Source: an uncultured Chloroflexia bacterium
Lineage (GTDB): Bacteria; Chloroflexota; Anaerolineae; Anaerolineales; Anaerolineaceae
Assembly: GCA_963704755.1 (NCBI GenBank)
Contig: OY969938.1
Coordinates: forward strand, 2,820,001 to 2,852,000
Length of the DNA: 32,000 nucleotides
Reading direction: 5' to 3'
Every line of letters begins with the position of its first letter. Position 1 is the stretch's first letter. Position numbers and translations under genes: made by a program. The notes under the pieces are model-generated. The model did not search any database, was not told where the DNA came from, and saw only the letters and a program-made list of their open reading frames with translations. Shown here piece after piece: positions 1-8,097 of this stretch.

Positions 1-186
1 GTGGCCGATGCAGCCATGATGATTATGGGCATCGGTGTGGGCAAAGATGGCCTGCGCTATAACCTGGACGATGAAGCCGTTCAGAAGCTTGGGGTAAGCG
101 AGAAGGAATTGTATCAATTGATCGAAAAAATGACCCTCCAAATCCGTATGGCTGAGGTATTTATCGGGGTTGGGGATGGCGAATAA
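1..186 (+). CDS. 3' end of an ORF entering from the left edge; product not recognised
   Basis: Frame 1 is open from base 1 to TAA at 184-186. Same strand as the cheX-like gene that starts 48 nt downstream. No recognisable motif in the 61 aa. Confidence 0.35.
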   Translation: MADAAMMIMGIGVGKDGLRYNLDDEAVQKLGVSEKELYQLIEKMTLQIRMAEVFIGVGDGE

Positions 187-234
187 AGGAAAGGTCAAGC
201 TTGCAAGCATCGAGCTAAGAGGAGGTTAACCTGC

Positions 235-765
235 ATGGATGTCCGATTTTTAAATCCTTTCGTTGAGGCAGCGATCGAGGTGATGAAGGCCGAGGTCGGC
301 ATTGAAATTACACGAGGGGAGCTAAATGTTCATAAGACGGCGATGACCACTGACGACGTCACCGTATTGATCCACCTGGTAGGTGAGGTATATGGGGTGG
401 TGATGTACGGTATGCCGGTGGAAACCGGCCTGAATTTTGTGTCAGAAATTATGGGCCAGAGTTTCAAAGAATTCAATTCTCTGGCTCAAAGCGGTGTGGC
501 AGAGCTGGGCAACGTGATCACCGGCCGGGCCACAATCAAATTTGCCGAAGCTGGATTTGATGCCAATATTTCGCCACCCACCATTATCACAGGCAAAAGC
601 GTTCAGATCTCCACGCTTGACTTTCCCCGGATCGTTGTTCCGTTGAAAACCAAACTGGGTGACCTCAAAGTTCACCTGGCATTAAGGGAAAAGCAAACCG
701 GGAAAGATGAAAACCCGGACGATTTTGTCCAACTCACCATCGCAGAAGCCGCCCAGTCCGGTTGA
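235..765 (+). CDS. cheX: CheX-family CheY-P phosphatase
   Basis: 176 aa. N-terminal FLNPFVEAAIEVM and internal AELGNVITGR (the E-x2-N motif of the CheX/CheC phosphatase fold). GGAGG at 221-225, 9 nt before the ATG. Confidence 0.8.
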   Translation: MDVRFLNPFVEAAIEVMKAEVGIEITRGELNVHKTAMTTDDVTVLIHLVGEVYGVVMYGMPVETGLNFVSEIMGQSFKEFNSLAQSGVAELGNVITGRATIKFAEAGFDANISPPTIITGKSVQISTLDFPRIVVPLKTKLGDLKVHLALREKQTGKDENPDDFVQLTIAEAAQSG

Positions 766-802
766 TTGAGCGCCAGACAGGAACCCGGAAAGGAAATCCC
801 GA

Positions 803-1324
803 ATGAATGTCAAGTTTTTAAATCCTTTTGTGGAAGGGGCATACGAAGTACTGTGCAGTGAGACCGGCCAAACCGTGACAAGAGGTGACCTGCGCCTGGA
901 AAATACGATTTACCAGACAGACGATTTGACCGTGATTATCTCGCTGGTTGGCGCAGTCGTCGGGACAGTTTTCTACAGCATGCCCCAGGATGTAGCGATC
1001 AAGCTGGCCTCTACGCTTATGGGAGACAAACTCACCGAGTTGAACAATCTGGCCCAAAGCGGCATCGCCGAATTGGGCAATGTGATCACCGGACGGGCAA
1101 GCACCAAACTCTCGCAGGCCGGTTTTGAGTGCAATATATCGACCCCTTCCCTGATCTTGGGCAAAGGCGCATCCATCTCTACGCTGGATTGCCCCCGCCT
1201 GGTGGTGCCGCTGGCAACCGTTGCGGGTAACCTGGATATCCACCTGGCGCTACGGAATGGCAATGATAATGGCCTTAAAGCACCGCAGATGGCAATTCCC
1301 AAGGCATTTCAAACGATTGAATGA
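803..1324 (+). CDS. cheX: CheX-family CheY-P phosphatase, tandem paralog
   Basis: 173 aa, colinear with the preceding ORF (FLNPFVEGAYEVL, AELGNVITGR, DIHLALR). Roughly half the residues are shared by eye. Confidence 0.8.
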   Translation: MNVKFLNPFVEGAYEVLCSETGQTVTRGDLRLENTIYQTDDLTVIISLVGAVVGTVFYSMPQDVAIKLASTLMGDKLTELNNLAQSGIAELGNVITGRASTKLSQAGFECNISTPSLILGKGASISTLDCPRLVVPLATVAGNLDIHLALRNGNDNGLKAPQMAIPKAFQTIE

Positions 1325-1350
1325 GATCGCCCCGGGCAGTGAACTAAGGA

Positions 1351-1412
1351 CCCAGTTTGAGGTGTTTGCAGGTGCCCGGCACCCGCAAACACCTCAAACT
1401 GGGGGACTTTTG
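1351..1412 (+). terminator. Long hairpin (26-bp stem, one A/C mismatch) followed by a TTTT tract; probable intrinsic terminator and member of a palindromic repeat family
   Basis: CCCAGTTTGAGGTGTTTGCAGGTGCC-c-GGCACCCGCAAACACCTCAAACTGGG at 1351-1403, then GGACTTTTGAG. Lies between cheX-2 and cheW. Confidence 0.5.
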
Positions 1413-1474
1413 AGCAGGAATGTTATTTTTATCAGTTCCCGGCAAGGATTTACCGAGAAGAAAGGGCACAAGAC

Positions 1475-1930
1475 ATGGAACATCAATTGGTTATTTTTGA
1501 GTTGGGTACAGAAAGTTACGGCGTTGAGATCGCCGCAGTTGAGGCAATTCTAAAACTACAGGACATTACTCGTCTGCCCCACGCGCCTTCGTTCGTCGAG
1601 GGAATTACGAATCTGCGTGGCTCGGTCATGCCGGTAGTCGATTTGCGCAAGCGCTTTGGATTGGAATCCCAGGATCCTACCCGCGAAACACGCATTGTTG
1701 TGGCCAATATGGGCGAAACCAAAGTCGGCCTGATCGTCGATGCGGTCACCCAGGTGATCCGCGTGCCGGATGACAAAATCGAGCCGCCCCCACCGATGTC
1801 GGTCACCATTAATTCGACCTTTATCAAAAACATTGCCAAGCTGGATCACCAACTGGTCATCATGCTCGACCTGGCCCGTGTTTTAGCCGCCGACGAGAAG
1901 GAACTCATCGCCAATTTACAGCCGGCCTGA
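1475..1930 (+). CDS. cheW: Chemotaxis coupling protein CheW
   Basis: 151 aa. LVIFELGTESYGVEI...ITRLPHAPSFVEGITNLRGSVMPVVDLRKRFG is the canonical CheW-domain signature. Confidence 0.9.
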   Translation: MEHQLVIFELGTESYGVEIAAVEAILKLQDITRLPHAPSFVEGITNLRGSVMPVVDLRKRFGLESQDPTRETRIVVANMGETKVGLIVDAVTQVIRVPDDKIEPPPPMSVTINSTFIKNIAKLDHQLVIMLDLARVLAADEKELIANLQPA

Positions 1931-2011
1931 GCTATAAGCCGGTTCCTGGCGCTTTTGAAAAATGATTGCCCCTTTTCACCCAATAATTAACGTGCTTTTT
2001 ATACCAACAGC

Positions 2012-2038
2012 TAAAGAAACGCACGGTTTAGCCGAAAA
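2012..2038 (+). promoter_or_regulatory. Sigma-28 (FliA/SigD)-type promoter for flagellin-1
   Basis: TAAA (2012-2015), 15-nt spacer, GCCGAAAA (2031-2038), against consensus TAAA-N15-GCCGATAA. Homologous to the promoter at 6674-6700, including an upstream TTAACGTGCTTTTTAT box at 1987-2002. Confidence 0.6.
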
Positions 2039-2252
2039 CTATTATAGGTAAAAAAAGTAATCGCTCAGTCGGTTGGGTGAAATCCCTTGGAGCAGTTACG
2101 TAAAAATAGCCAGGAGGCAGTTATTGGATAGAGGATCTCACAGCGCAAAAAAATTTCAATCGGCGGCAGTACTGGTACCGGGCTCGATCGCCAGCGTGTG
2201 AAATACAAAAGCCCGGAAAAATTAAATAAGTAAGCCCAAATGGTATCAAGAA

Positions 2253-2287
2253 GGGGATGGATCCCCGGATAACATCAAACATGGAGG
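2253..2287 (+). promoter_or_regulatory. Flagellin-1 leader: GGA-loop hairpin plus GGA-containing SD (putative CsrA-type operator)
   Basis: GGGGA-TGGA-TCCCC at 2253-2266 and ACATGGAGGT with GGAGG at 2283-2287, 6 nt before the ATG at 2294. Conserved before all four flagellin genes. Confidence 0.45.
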
Positions 2288-2293
2288 TTTGAG

Positions 2294-3551
2294 ATGGCTG
2301 ATTTCGATATTACTCGTATTGCGGGCAACATTGGCGCTATGAACGCGCTGAATTCGTTGCAGAATATTAACAAACAACTTTCAATTCACCAGACCCGCCT
2401 GTCCACCGGCAAGCGCATCAACAGCGCCGCGGACGATCCGGCCGGCTTGACCATCGCGACCAAGATGAACTCCCGTGCGGAAGGTTTGAAAACCGCGCTG
2501 GACAACATCGGCGACGCCAAGAACCTGCTGTCCGTAGCCGAATCAGGACTGGGCCGCATCAACGACATTCTGGTGCAGATGCAGAACAAGTCGGAGAGCG
2601 CCGCCAGTGACACGATGGGCTCGGCAGAACGGGATGCCATCGTCACCCAGTTGACCGCCTATTCGGCCCAGATCGACGATATTTCTGCGCAGACCCAATG
2701 GAACGGCAAGAACCTGATCGACGGCACCACCGGCACGCTGTCCTTCCAGACCGGCGCAGGCAAAGACGACGTCACCGACGTAGAACTCACTGAGCAATAT
2801 GTCGGCCACCGGCACCGGTTCCTTGAACCTGGCTGCCAAAGCGTCTGCGGATGGTGTGTCCAGTTTCGCCGACGATGCAACCAAGGCGATGTTTGCCACC
2901 GAACCAACATTCGGGGATGCTTCGAACGATAATTTGACCCAGTTGCAATCCGGTACTTATACGGTAAAGCTGGCTGTTGATGGGACCGATGCTAAAAAAG
3001 TGACCGTCCATTTGTATGACTCGACGGGCTCCGAATTGAACATCGGGGCTTCAGGCAGCGGCACCGCCGGAATTACCGTTGCCGATATCACTGCCGCCAA
3101 TGCCGGGAAAATTGACCTCGGAAATGGCCTGAAACTGGATTTGAAAACTGCATGGGCGACTGGAGACGCTTCAACTTCTACCGTCACTGTCGAGCACAAA
3201 GGGGACTATTCGATCCAGTTCAAAGACAGCGAAGGTACAGACGTCACCCTGACCAAAGATTCCTCGGCGTCTGATTTCCGCAGTTACATGGCCTATGTCG
3301 GCACCAAGCTGGATTCGGTCTCCGGCGAACTGGCCAAAATCGGCGCCCTGACCGGCCGGTTGGACTTCAAAGAAGACCAGGTTTCGGATCAGCAGGTCAA
3401 CGTGCAGGCGGCCTACGACCGGATCATGGATGCCGACATGGCCGACGAACAGGTCAATGCCAGCAAATACCAGATCTTGCAGCAGACCGCGGTCGCCATG
3501 CTGGCCCAGGCCAACACTGCGCCGCAGTACTTACTCTCGTTGTTCAAATAA
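2294..3551 (+). pseudogene. fliC: Flagellin paralog 1, interrupted by a 1-nt insertion (or assembly indel)
   Basis: ORF 2294-2932 carries the flagellin N-domain and ORF 2799-3551 carries the core plus C-domain in the +1 frame. The paralogs read GTAGACTCATTGAGC where this copy reads GTAGAACTCACTGAGC (extra A at 2784/2785). Length is 1258 nt (3n+1). Removing one A restores a 418-aa flagellin. Confidence 0.8.
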
Positions 3552-3582
3552 TTCATAGCAAGTTCCGCCGATTTTTTGCGAC

Positions 3583-3611
3583 GCGGGAGGCGCTTGTGAG
3601 GCGCCTCCCGC
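3583..3611 (+). terminator. GC-rich hairpin after flagellin-1 (11-bp stem, 7-nt loop); weak U-tract
   Basis: GCGGGAGGCGC-ttgtgag-GCGCCTCCCGC. A TTTT follows only 8 nt downstream, and a T6 run precedes the stem. Confidence 0.45.
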
Positions 3612-3718
3612 CAAGCACTTTTCAATCGGCGGTTGTGTGTTTTCCGGCTTCGATCGCCAGCATGTAAAAAACAAAAACCCGGAAAAATTTAATAAGTAAG
3701 CCCAAGAGGTTTCAAGAA

Positions 3719-3753
3719 GGGGATGGATCCCCGGATAGTATCAAACATGGAGG
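3719..3753 (+). promoter_or_regulatory. Flagellin-2 leader: GGA-loop hairpin plus GGA-containing SD
   Basis: GGGGA-TGGA-TCCCC at 3719-3732. GGAGG at 3749-3753. ATG at 3760. Confidence 0.45.
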
Positions 3754-3759
3754 TTTGAG

Positions 3760-5034
3760 ATGGCTGATTTCGATATTACTCGTATTGCGGGCAACATTGG
3801 CGCTATGAACGCGCTGAATTCGTTGCAGAACATTAACAAACAACTTTCGATTCACCAGACCCGCCTGTCCACCGGCAAGCGCATCAACAGCGCCGCGGAC
3901 GATCCGGCCGGCCTGACCATCGCGACCAAGATGAACTCCCGTTCAGAAGGCTTGAAGACCGCACTGGACAACATCGGCGACGCCAAGAACCTGCTGTCCG
4001 TAGCCGAATCAGGGCTGGGCCGCATCAATGACATTCTGGTGCAGATGCAGAACAAGTCGGAGAGCGCCGCCAGTGACACGATGGGCTCGGCAGAACGGGA
4101 TGCTATCGTCACCCAGTTGACCGCCTATTCGGCCCAGATCGACGATATTGCTACCCAGACCCAATGGAACGGCAAGAACCTGATCGACGGCACCACCGGC
4201 ACGCTGTCCTTCCAGACCGGCGCGGGTAAAGACGACGTCACCGACGTAGACTCATTGAGCAATATGTCGGCCACCGGCACCGGGTCTTTGAACCTGGCCA
4301 AAAAGGCAACCGCCACAGATGTGGCCAGCTTCAGCGATGATGCGACCAAAGCGATTGTCTCCGGCAGCGAGGATGTGGCTTTTGGCGATGCGACCAATAC
4401 GGACGATTTAACCCAACTGGCATCCGGTACCTATTCGGTAAAACTGGAAATGACCTCGGCAACCGCCGGGAAAATCCATTTGTTTGGTTCGGATGGAAAA
4501 GAACTGGAAGTCGGGGCTTCGGGTTCAACGTCCACAACCGGCCTGGCTGTAGATCTTTCCTCCGGAGATAAGACCATCGATTTTGGTAATGGCCTTTCGA
4601 TTAAAGTCGAACAGAAAATTGGTGGCACAACCGATCGTGCGGCTGATGACGTCTCCACTGCTTCCGTTACGGTTGAGCACAAAGGCGACTATTCGATGGG
4701 CTTCACCGATAGTGACGGTAACGATGTCGTCCTGACCAAAGATTCCTCGGCGTCTGATTTCCGCAGCTACATGGCCTATGTTGGCACCAAGCTGGATTCG
4801 GTTTCCGGCGAACTGGCCAAAATCGGCGCCTTGACCGGCCGGTTGGACTTCAAAGAAGACCAGGTTTCGGATCAGCAGGTCAACGTGCAGGCGGCCTACG
4901 ACCGGATCATGGATGCCGACATGGCCGACGAACAGGTCAATGCCAGCAAGTACCAGATCCTGCAGCAGACCGCGGTCGCCATGCTGGCCCAGGCCAACAC
5001 CGCTCCGCAGTACTTACTCTCTTTGTTCAAATAA
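3760..5034 (+). CDS. fliC: Flagellin paralog 2
   Basis: 424 aa. N-domain ...RLSTGKRINSAADDPAGLTIATKM... and C-domain ...DADMADEQVNASKYQILQQTAVAMLAQANTAPQYLLSLFK are classic flagellin D0/D1 signatures. Confidence 0.95.
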   Translation: MADFDITRIAGNIGAMNALNSLQNINKQLSIHQTRLSTGKRINSAADDPAGLTIATKMNSRSEGLKTALDNIGDAKNLLSVAESGLGRINDILVQMQNKSESAASDTMGSAERDAIVTQLTAYSAQIDDIATQTQWNGKNLIDGTTGTLSFQTGAGKDDVTDVDSLSNMSATGTGSLNLAKKATATDVASFSDDATKAIVSGSEDVAFGDATNTDDLTQLASGTYSVKLEMTSATAGKIHLFGSDGKELEVGASGSTSTTGLAVDLSSGDKTIDFGNGLSIKVEQKIGGTTDRAADDVSTASVTVEHKGDYSMGFTDSDGNDVVLTKDSSASDFRSYMAYVGTKLDSVSGELAKIGALTGRLDFKEDQVSDQQVNVQAAYDRIMDADMADEQVNASKYQILQQTAVAMLAQANTAPQYLLSLFK

Positions 5035-5062
5035 TCCATAGCAATATCTTCGATTTTTTGTA

Positions 5063-5120
5063 ACACAGGAGGCGCCTGAAAGACGCACCCTCCCCGTGTT
5101 CGTCTTTCGTATCCTTTTTT
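5063..5120 (+). terminator. Imperfect or alternative hairpins followed by a T6 run after flagellin-2
   Basis: GAAAGACG (5078-5085) pairs with CGTCTTTC (5101-5108). Alternatively ACACAGGAGG pairs with CCTCCCCGTGT. T6 run at 5115-5120. Confidence 0.5.
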
Positions 5121-5199
5121 AGGTTTCAAACGGCAGCCGGGCCGGTACCTGGCAAGGTTGCCGGCGAACAAAACCAGCAAGACCAATCGTATTCAAGAA

Positions 5200-5234
5200 G
5201 GGGAAGGATCCCCGGATAACATCAAGCATGGAGG
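5200..5234 (+). promoter_or_regulatory. Flagellin-3 leader: GGA-loop hairpin plus GGA-containing SD
   Basis: GGGGA-AGGA-TCCCC at 5200-5213. GGAGG at 5230-5234. ATG at 5241. Confidence 0.45.
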
Positions 5235-5240
5235 TTTGAG

Positions 5241-6509
5241 ATGGCTGATTTCGATATTACCCGTATTGCGGGCAACATCGGCGCTATGAACGCGCTGAAT
5301 TCGTTGCAGAACATTAACAAACAACTTTCGATTCACCAGACCCGCCTGTCCACCGGCAAGCGCATCAACAGCGCCGCGGACGATCCGGCCGGCCTGACCA
5401 TTGCGACCAAGATGAACTCTCGTGCGGAAGGTTTGAAAACCGCGTTGGACAACATCGGCGATGCCAAGAACCTGCTGTCCGTAGCTGAATCAGGGTTAGG
5501 CCGCATCAACGATATTCTGGTGCAGATGCAGAACAAGTCGGAAAGCGCCGCCAGTGACACGATGGGCTCGGCAGAACGGGATGCCATCGTCACCCAATTG
5601 TCGGCTTATTCGGCCCAGATCGACGATATTGCTACCCAGACCCAATGGAACGGCAAGAACCTGATCGACGGCACCACCGGAACACTGTCCTTCCAGACCG
5701 GCGCGGGCAAAGACGACGTCACCGATGTGGATGCACTGAGCAATATGTCGGCCACCGGTACCGGCTCTTTGAGCCTGGCCGTTAAAGCGACTGCTGACGA
5801 AGTGTTGTCCCCCACGGATGTGACCGATTCGAAAGTCTTTAAGGCTGCCCCGACGTACAGCACGGCCGATACGAGCGATGGATTCAATTCGCTGGCTTCA
5901 GGTGCTTACACGGTTAGCGTCAAGTACACGGATACCACTACGACTGGTGCTTATAAGGCCACCGTTTCTCTCCTGGATGCCAATGGGAACACCGTCGAAT
6001 TCAATGATGGCACCGACAAGATTTCCAGTAAAAGCGTCACGTTTTCCAGCAGCACGGCTGCGGTCGATTTTGGCAATGGTTTGAAAGTGTCTCTAGGCGA
6101 GGACGATAGTTCCTCCGTCGGTTCGGTCGATACGGAAGGCGTTTCGGTCTTGAAAAAAGGCGACTACGCGATCCAGTTCAAAAACGACTCGGGCGACACG
6201 GTGAATTTGAACGCCAATTCCTCGGCGGCCGATTTCCGCAGCTACATGGCCTACGTCGGCACCAAGCTGGATTCGGTCTCCGGTGAGTTAGCCAAGATCG
6301 GCGCTCTGACCGGCCGGTTGGACTTCAAAGAAGACCAGGTCTCGGATCAGCAGGTCAACGTGCAGGCGGCCTACGACCGGATCATGGATGCCGACATGGC
6401 CGACGAACAGGTCAATGCCAGCAAGTACCAGATCCTGCAGCAGACCGCGGTCGCCATGCTGGCCCAGGCCAACACCGCTCCGCAGTACTTACTCTCTTTG
6501 TTCAAGTAA
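5241..6509 (+). CDS. fliC: Flagellin paralog 3
   Basis: 422 aa. Same conserved N- and C-domains as paralog 2, with a distinct central region. Confidence 0.95.
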   Translation: MADFDITRIAGNIGAMNALNSLQNINKQLSIHQTRLSTGKRINSAADDPAGLTIATKMNSRAEGLKTALDNIGDAKNLLSVAESGLGRINDILVQMQNKSESAASDTMGSAERDAIVTQLSAYSAQIDDIATQTQWNGKNLIDGTTGTLSFQTGAGKDDVTDVDALSNMSATGTGSLSLAVKATADEVLSPTDVTDSKVFKAAPTYSTADTSDGFNSLASGAYTVSVKYTDTTTTGAYKATVSLLDANGNTVEFNDGTDKISSKSVTFSSSTAAVDFGNGLKVSLGEDDSSSVGSVDTEGVSVLKKGDYAIQFKNDSGDTVNLNANSSAADFRSYMAYVGTKLDSVSGELAKIGALTGRLDFKEDQVSDQQVNVQAAYDRIMDADMADEQVNASKYQILQQTAVAMLAQANTAPQYLLSLFK

Positions 6510-6540
6510 TTCATAGCAAGTTCCGCCGATTTTTTGCAAC

Positions 6541-6577
6541 GCGGGGGGTGTCTCGCTGGCGCCCCCCGCATGTATTT
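6541..6577 (+). terminator. Intrinsic terminator after flagellin-3
   Basis: GCGGGGGGTG-tctcgctg-GCGCCCCCCGC hairpin at 6541-6569, followed by ATGTATTTT. Confidence 0.6.
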
Positions 6578-6673
6578 TCCAGGTCATTCGGGGCATTCAG
6601 CAGGTTGGAAGCAGCAAAATACAGGCAAAAACCTTCGAATTTAGAATATTAATGCGCTTTTTATGTGATTGAC

Positions 6674-6700
6674 TAAAGAAATATGTTATTTTGCCGAAGA
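6674..6700 (+). promoter_or_regulatory. Sigma-28-type promoter for flagellin-4
   Basis: TAAA (6674-6677), 15-nt spacer, GCCGAAGA (6693-6700). The upstream box TTAATGCGCTTTTTAT at 6649-6664 has the same 9-nt spacing as at promoter 1. Confidence 0.6.
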
Positions 6701-6796
6701 TTATATATAGCTTAACAAAAAGTAGTAAAGAAGTTCGATCAGAATTGTGCATGGCTCGCAAAGGTTTCAAGAAGCAGGGCCAATCGTATTCAAGAA

Positions 6797-6831
6797 GGGG
6801 AAGGATCCCCGGATAACATCAAACATGGAGG
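6797..6831 (+). promoter_or_regulatory. Flagellin-4 leader: GGA-loop hairpin plus GGA-containing SD
   Basis: GGGGA-AGGA-TCCCC at 6797-6810. GGAGG at 6827-6831. ATG at 6838. Confidence 0.45.
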
Positions 6832-6837
6832 TTTGAG

Positions 6838-8067
6838 ATGGCTGATTTCGATATTACTCGTATTGCGGGCAACATTGGCGCCATGAACGCGCTGAATTCG
6901 TTGCAGAACATTAACAAGCAACTTTCAATTCACCAGACCCGCCTGTCCACCGGCAAGCGCATCAACAGCGCCGCGGACGATCCGGCCGGCTTGACCATCG
7001 CGACCAAGATGAACTCCCGTGCGGAAGGTTTGAAAACCGCGCTGGACAACATCGGCGATGCCAAGAACCTGCTGTCCGTAGCCGAATCAGGACTGGGCCG
7101 CATCAACGACATTCTGGTGCAGATGCAGAACAAGTCGGAGAGCGCCGCCAGTGACACGATGGGCTCGGCAGAACGCGAAGCCATCGTCACCCAGTTGACC
7201 GCCTATTCGGCCCAGATCGACGATATTGCGACCCAGACCCAGTGGAACGGCAAGAACCTGATCGATGGTTCGACCGGCACACTGTCCTTCCAGACCGGCG
7301 CGGGCAAAGACGATGTCACCGATGTGGACGCGTTGAACAACATGTCGGCTACCGGTACCGGCTCTTTGAACCTGGCCATTAAGGCCGATGCTGACAAGGT
7401 AGTGGAAGCAGGCACCGGGTTAACCGCGACATCCTTCGACGGTACCCTGGCAGGTGGTTTGTCGAAACTGGAATCGGGCACTTACACCGTCCAGGTTTCG
7501 AATTATGACTTAACCGGGAAAAAGGGCGACATCTCCCTCCTGGACGCCAACGGAAACGCTATCCAGATTTATGATGGCACTGACGTCGCAACCAGTATCA
7601 AAGGTGTGGATCTTTCCAGCGCTGCTGCAATTGATTTTGGGAATGGGGTAAAAGCCACGGTAGCTGCCCCTGCATCAGGCACCTCTTCAGCCGCCAACAT
7701 CACGGTTTTGCAGAAAGGCGATTACGGCATCCAGTTCAAGGATGATTCGGGCGACACGGTGAATTTGTCCGCCGGTTCTTCGGCCTCGGACTTCCGCAGC
7801 TACATGGCCTATGTTGGCACCAAGCTGGATTCGGTCTCCGGTGAGTTAGCCAAAATCGGCGCCCTGACCGGCCGGTTGGACTTCAAAGAAGACCAGGTTT
7901 CGGATCAGCAGGTCAACGTGCAGGCGGCCTATGACCGGATCATGGATGCCGACATGGCAGACGAACAGGTCAATGCCAGCAAGTACCAGATCCTGCAGCA
8001 AACCGCGGTCGCCATGCTGGCCCAGGCCAACACCGCTCCGCAGTACTTACTCTCTTTGTTCAAATAA
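6838..8067 (+). CDS. fliC: Flagellin paralog 4
   Basis: 409 aa. Same conserved N- and C-domains, with a distinct central region. Confidence 0.95.
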   Translation: MADFDITRIAGNIGAMNALNSLQNINKQLSIHQTRLSTGKRINSAADDPAGLTIATKMNSRAEGLKTALDNIGDAKNLLSVAESGLGRINDILVQMQNKSESAASDTMGSAEREAIVTQLTAYSAQIDDIATQTQWNGKNLIDGSTGTLSFQTGAGKDDVTDVDALNNMSATGTGSLNLAIKADADKVVEAGTGLTATSFDGTLAGGLSKLESGTYTVQVSNYDLTGKKGDISLLDANGNAIQIYDGTDVATSIKGVDLSSAAAIDFGNGVKATVAAPASGTSSAANITVLQKGDYGIQFKDDSGDTVNLSAGSSASDFRSYMAYVGTKLDSVSGELAKIGALTGRLDFKEDQVSDQQVNVQAAYDRIMDADMADEQVNASKYQILQQTAVAMLAQANTAPQYLLSLFK

Positions 8068-8097
8068 TTTTTAGCAAGTTTTGCCGAATTATACAAC

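Noticed and set aside
442-1302. Minus-strand ORFs inside the two cheX genes (442-675, 818-1243, 973-1302)
   Set aside because: They are antisense to genes with clear CheX motifs, and no independent support exists.
2780-2932. Programmed +1 ribosomal frameshifting at the flagellin-1, fliD and flgE breaks
   Set aside because: There is no prfB-like context (a slippery codon followed by an in-frame stop, with an upstream SD). In flagellin-1 the zero frame runs on for about 49 codons. The three intact paralogs lack the extra base. flgB needs the opposite shift. A mutation or sequencing indel is the simpler explanation.
2294-8067. Diversity-generating retroelement or invertible-promoter phase switch as the source of flagellin variation
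   Set aside because: No template/variable repeat pair with adenine-specific differences is present. No reverse transcriptase or recombinase gene lies in the window. No inverted repeats bracket either sigma-28 promoter.
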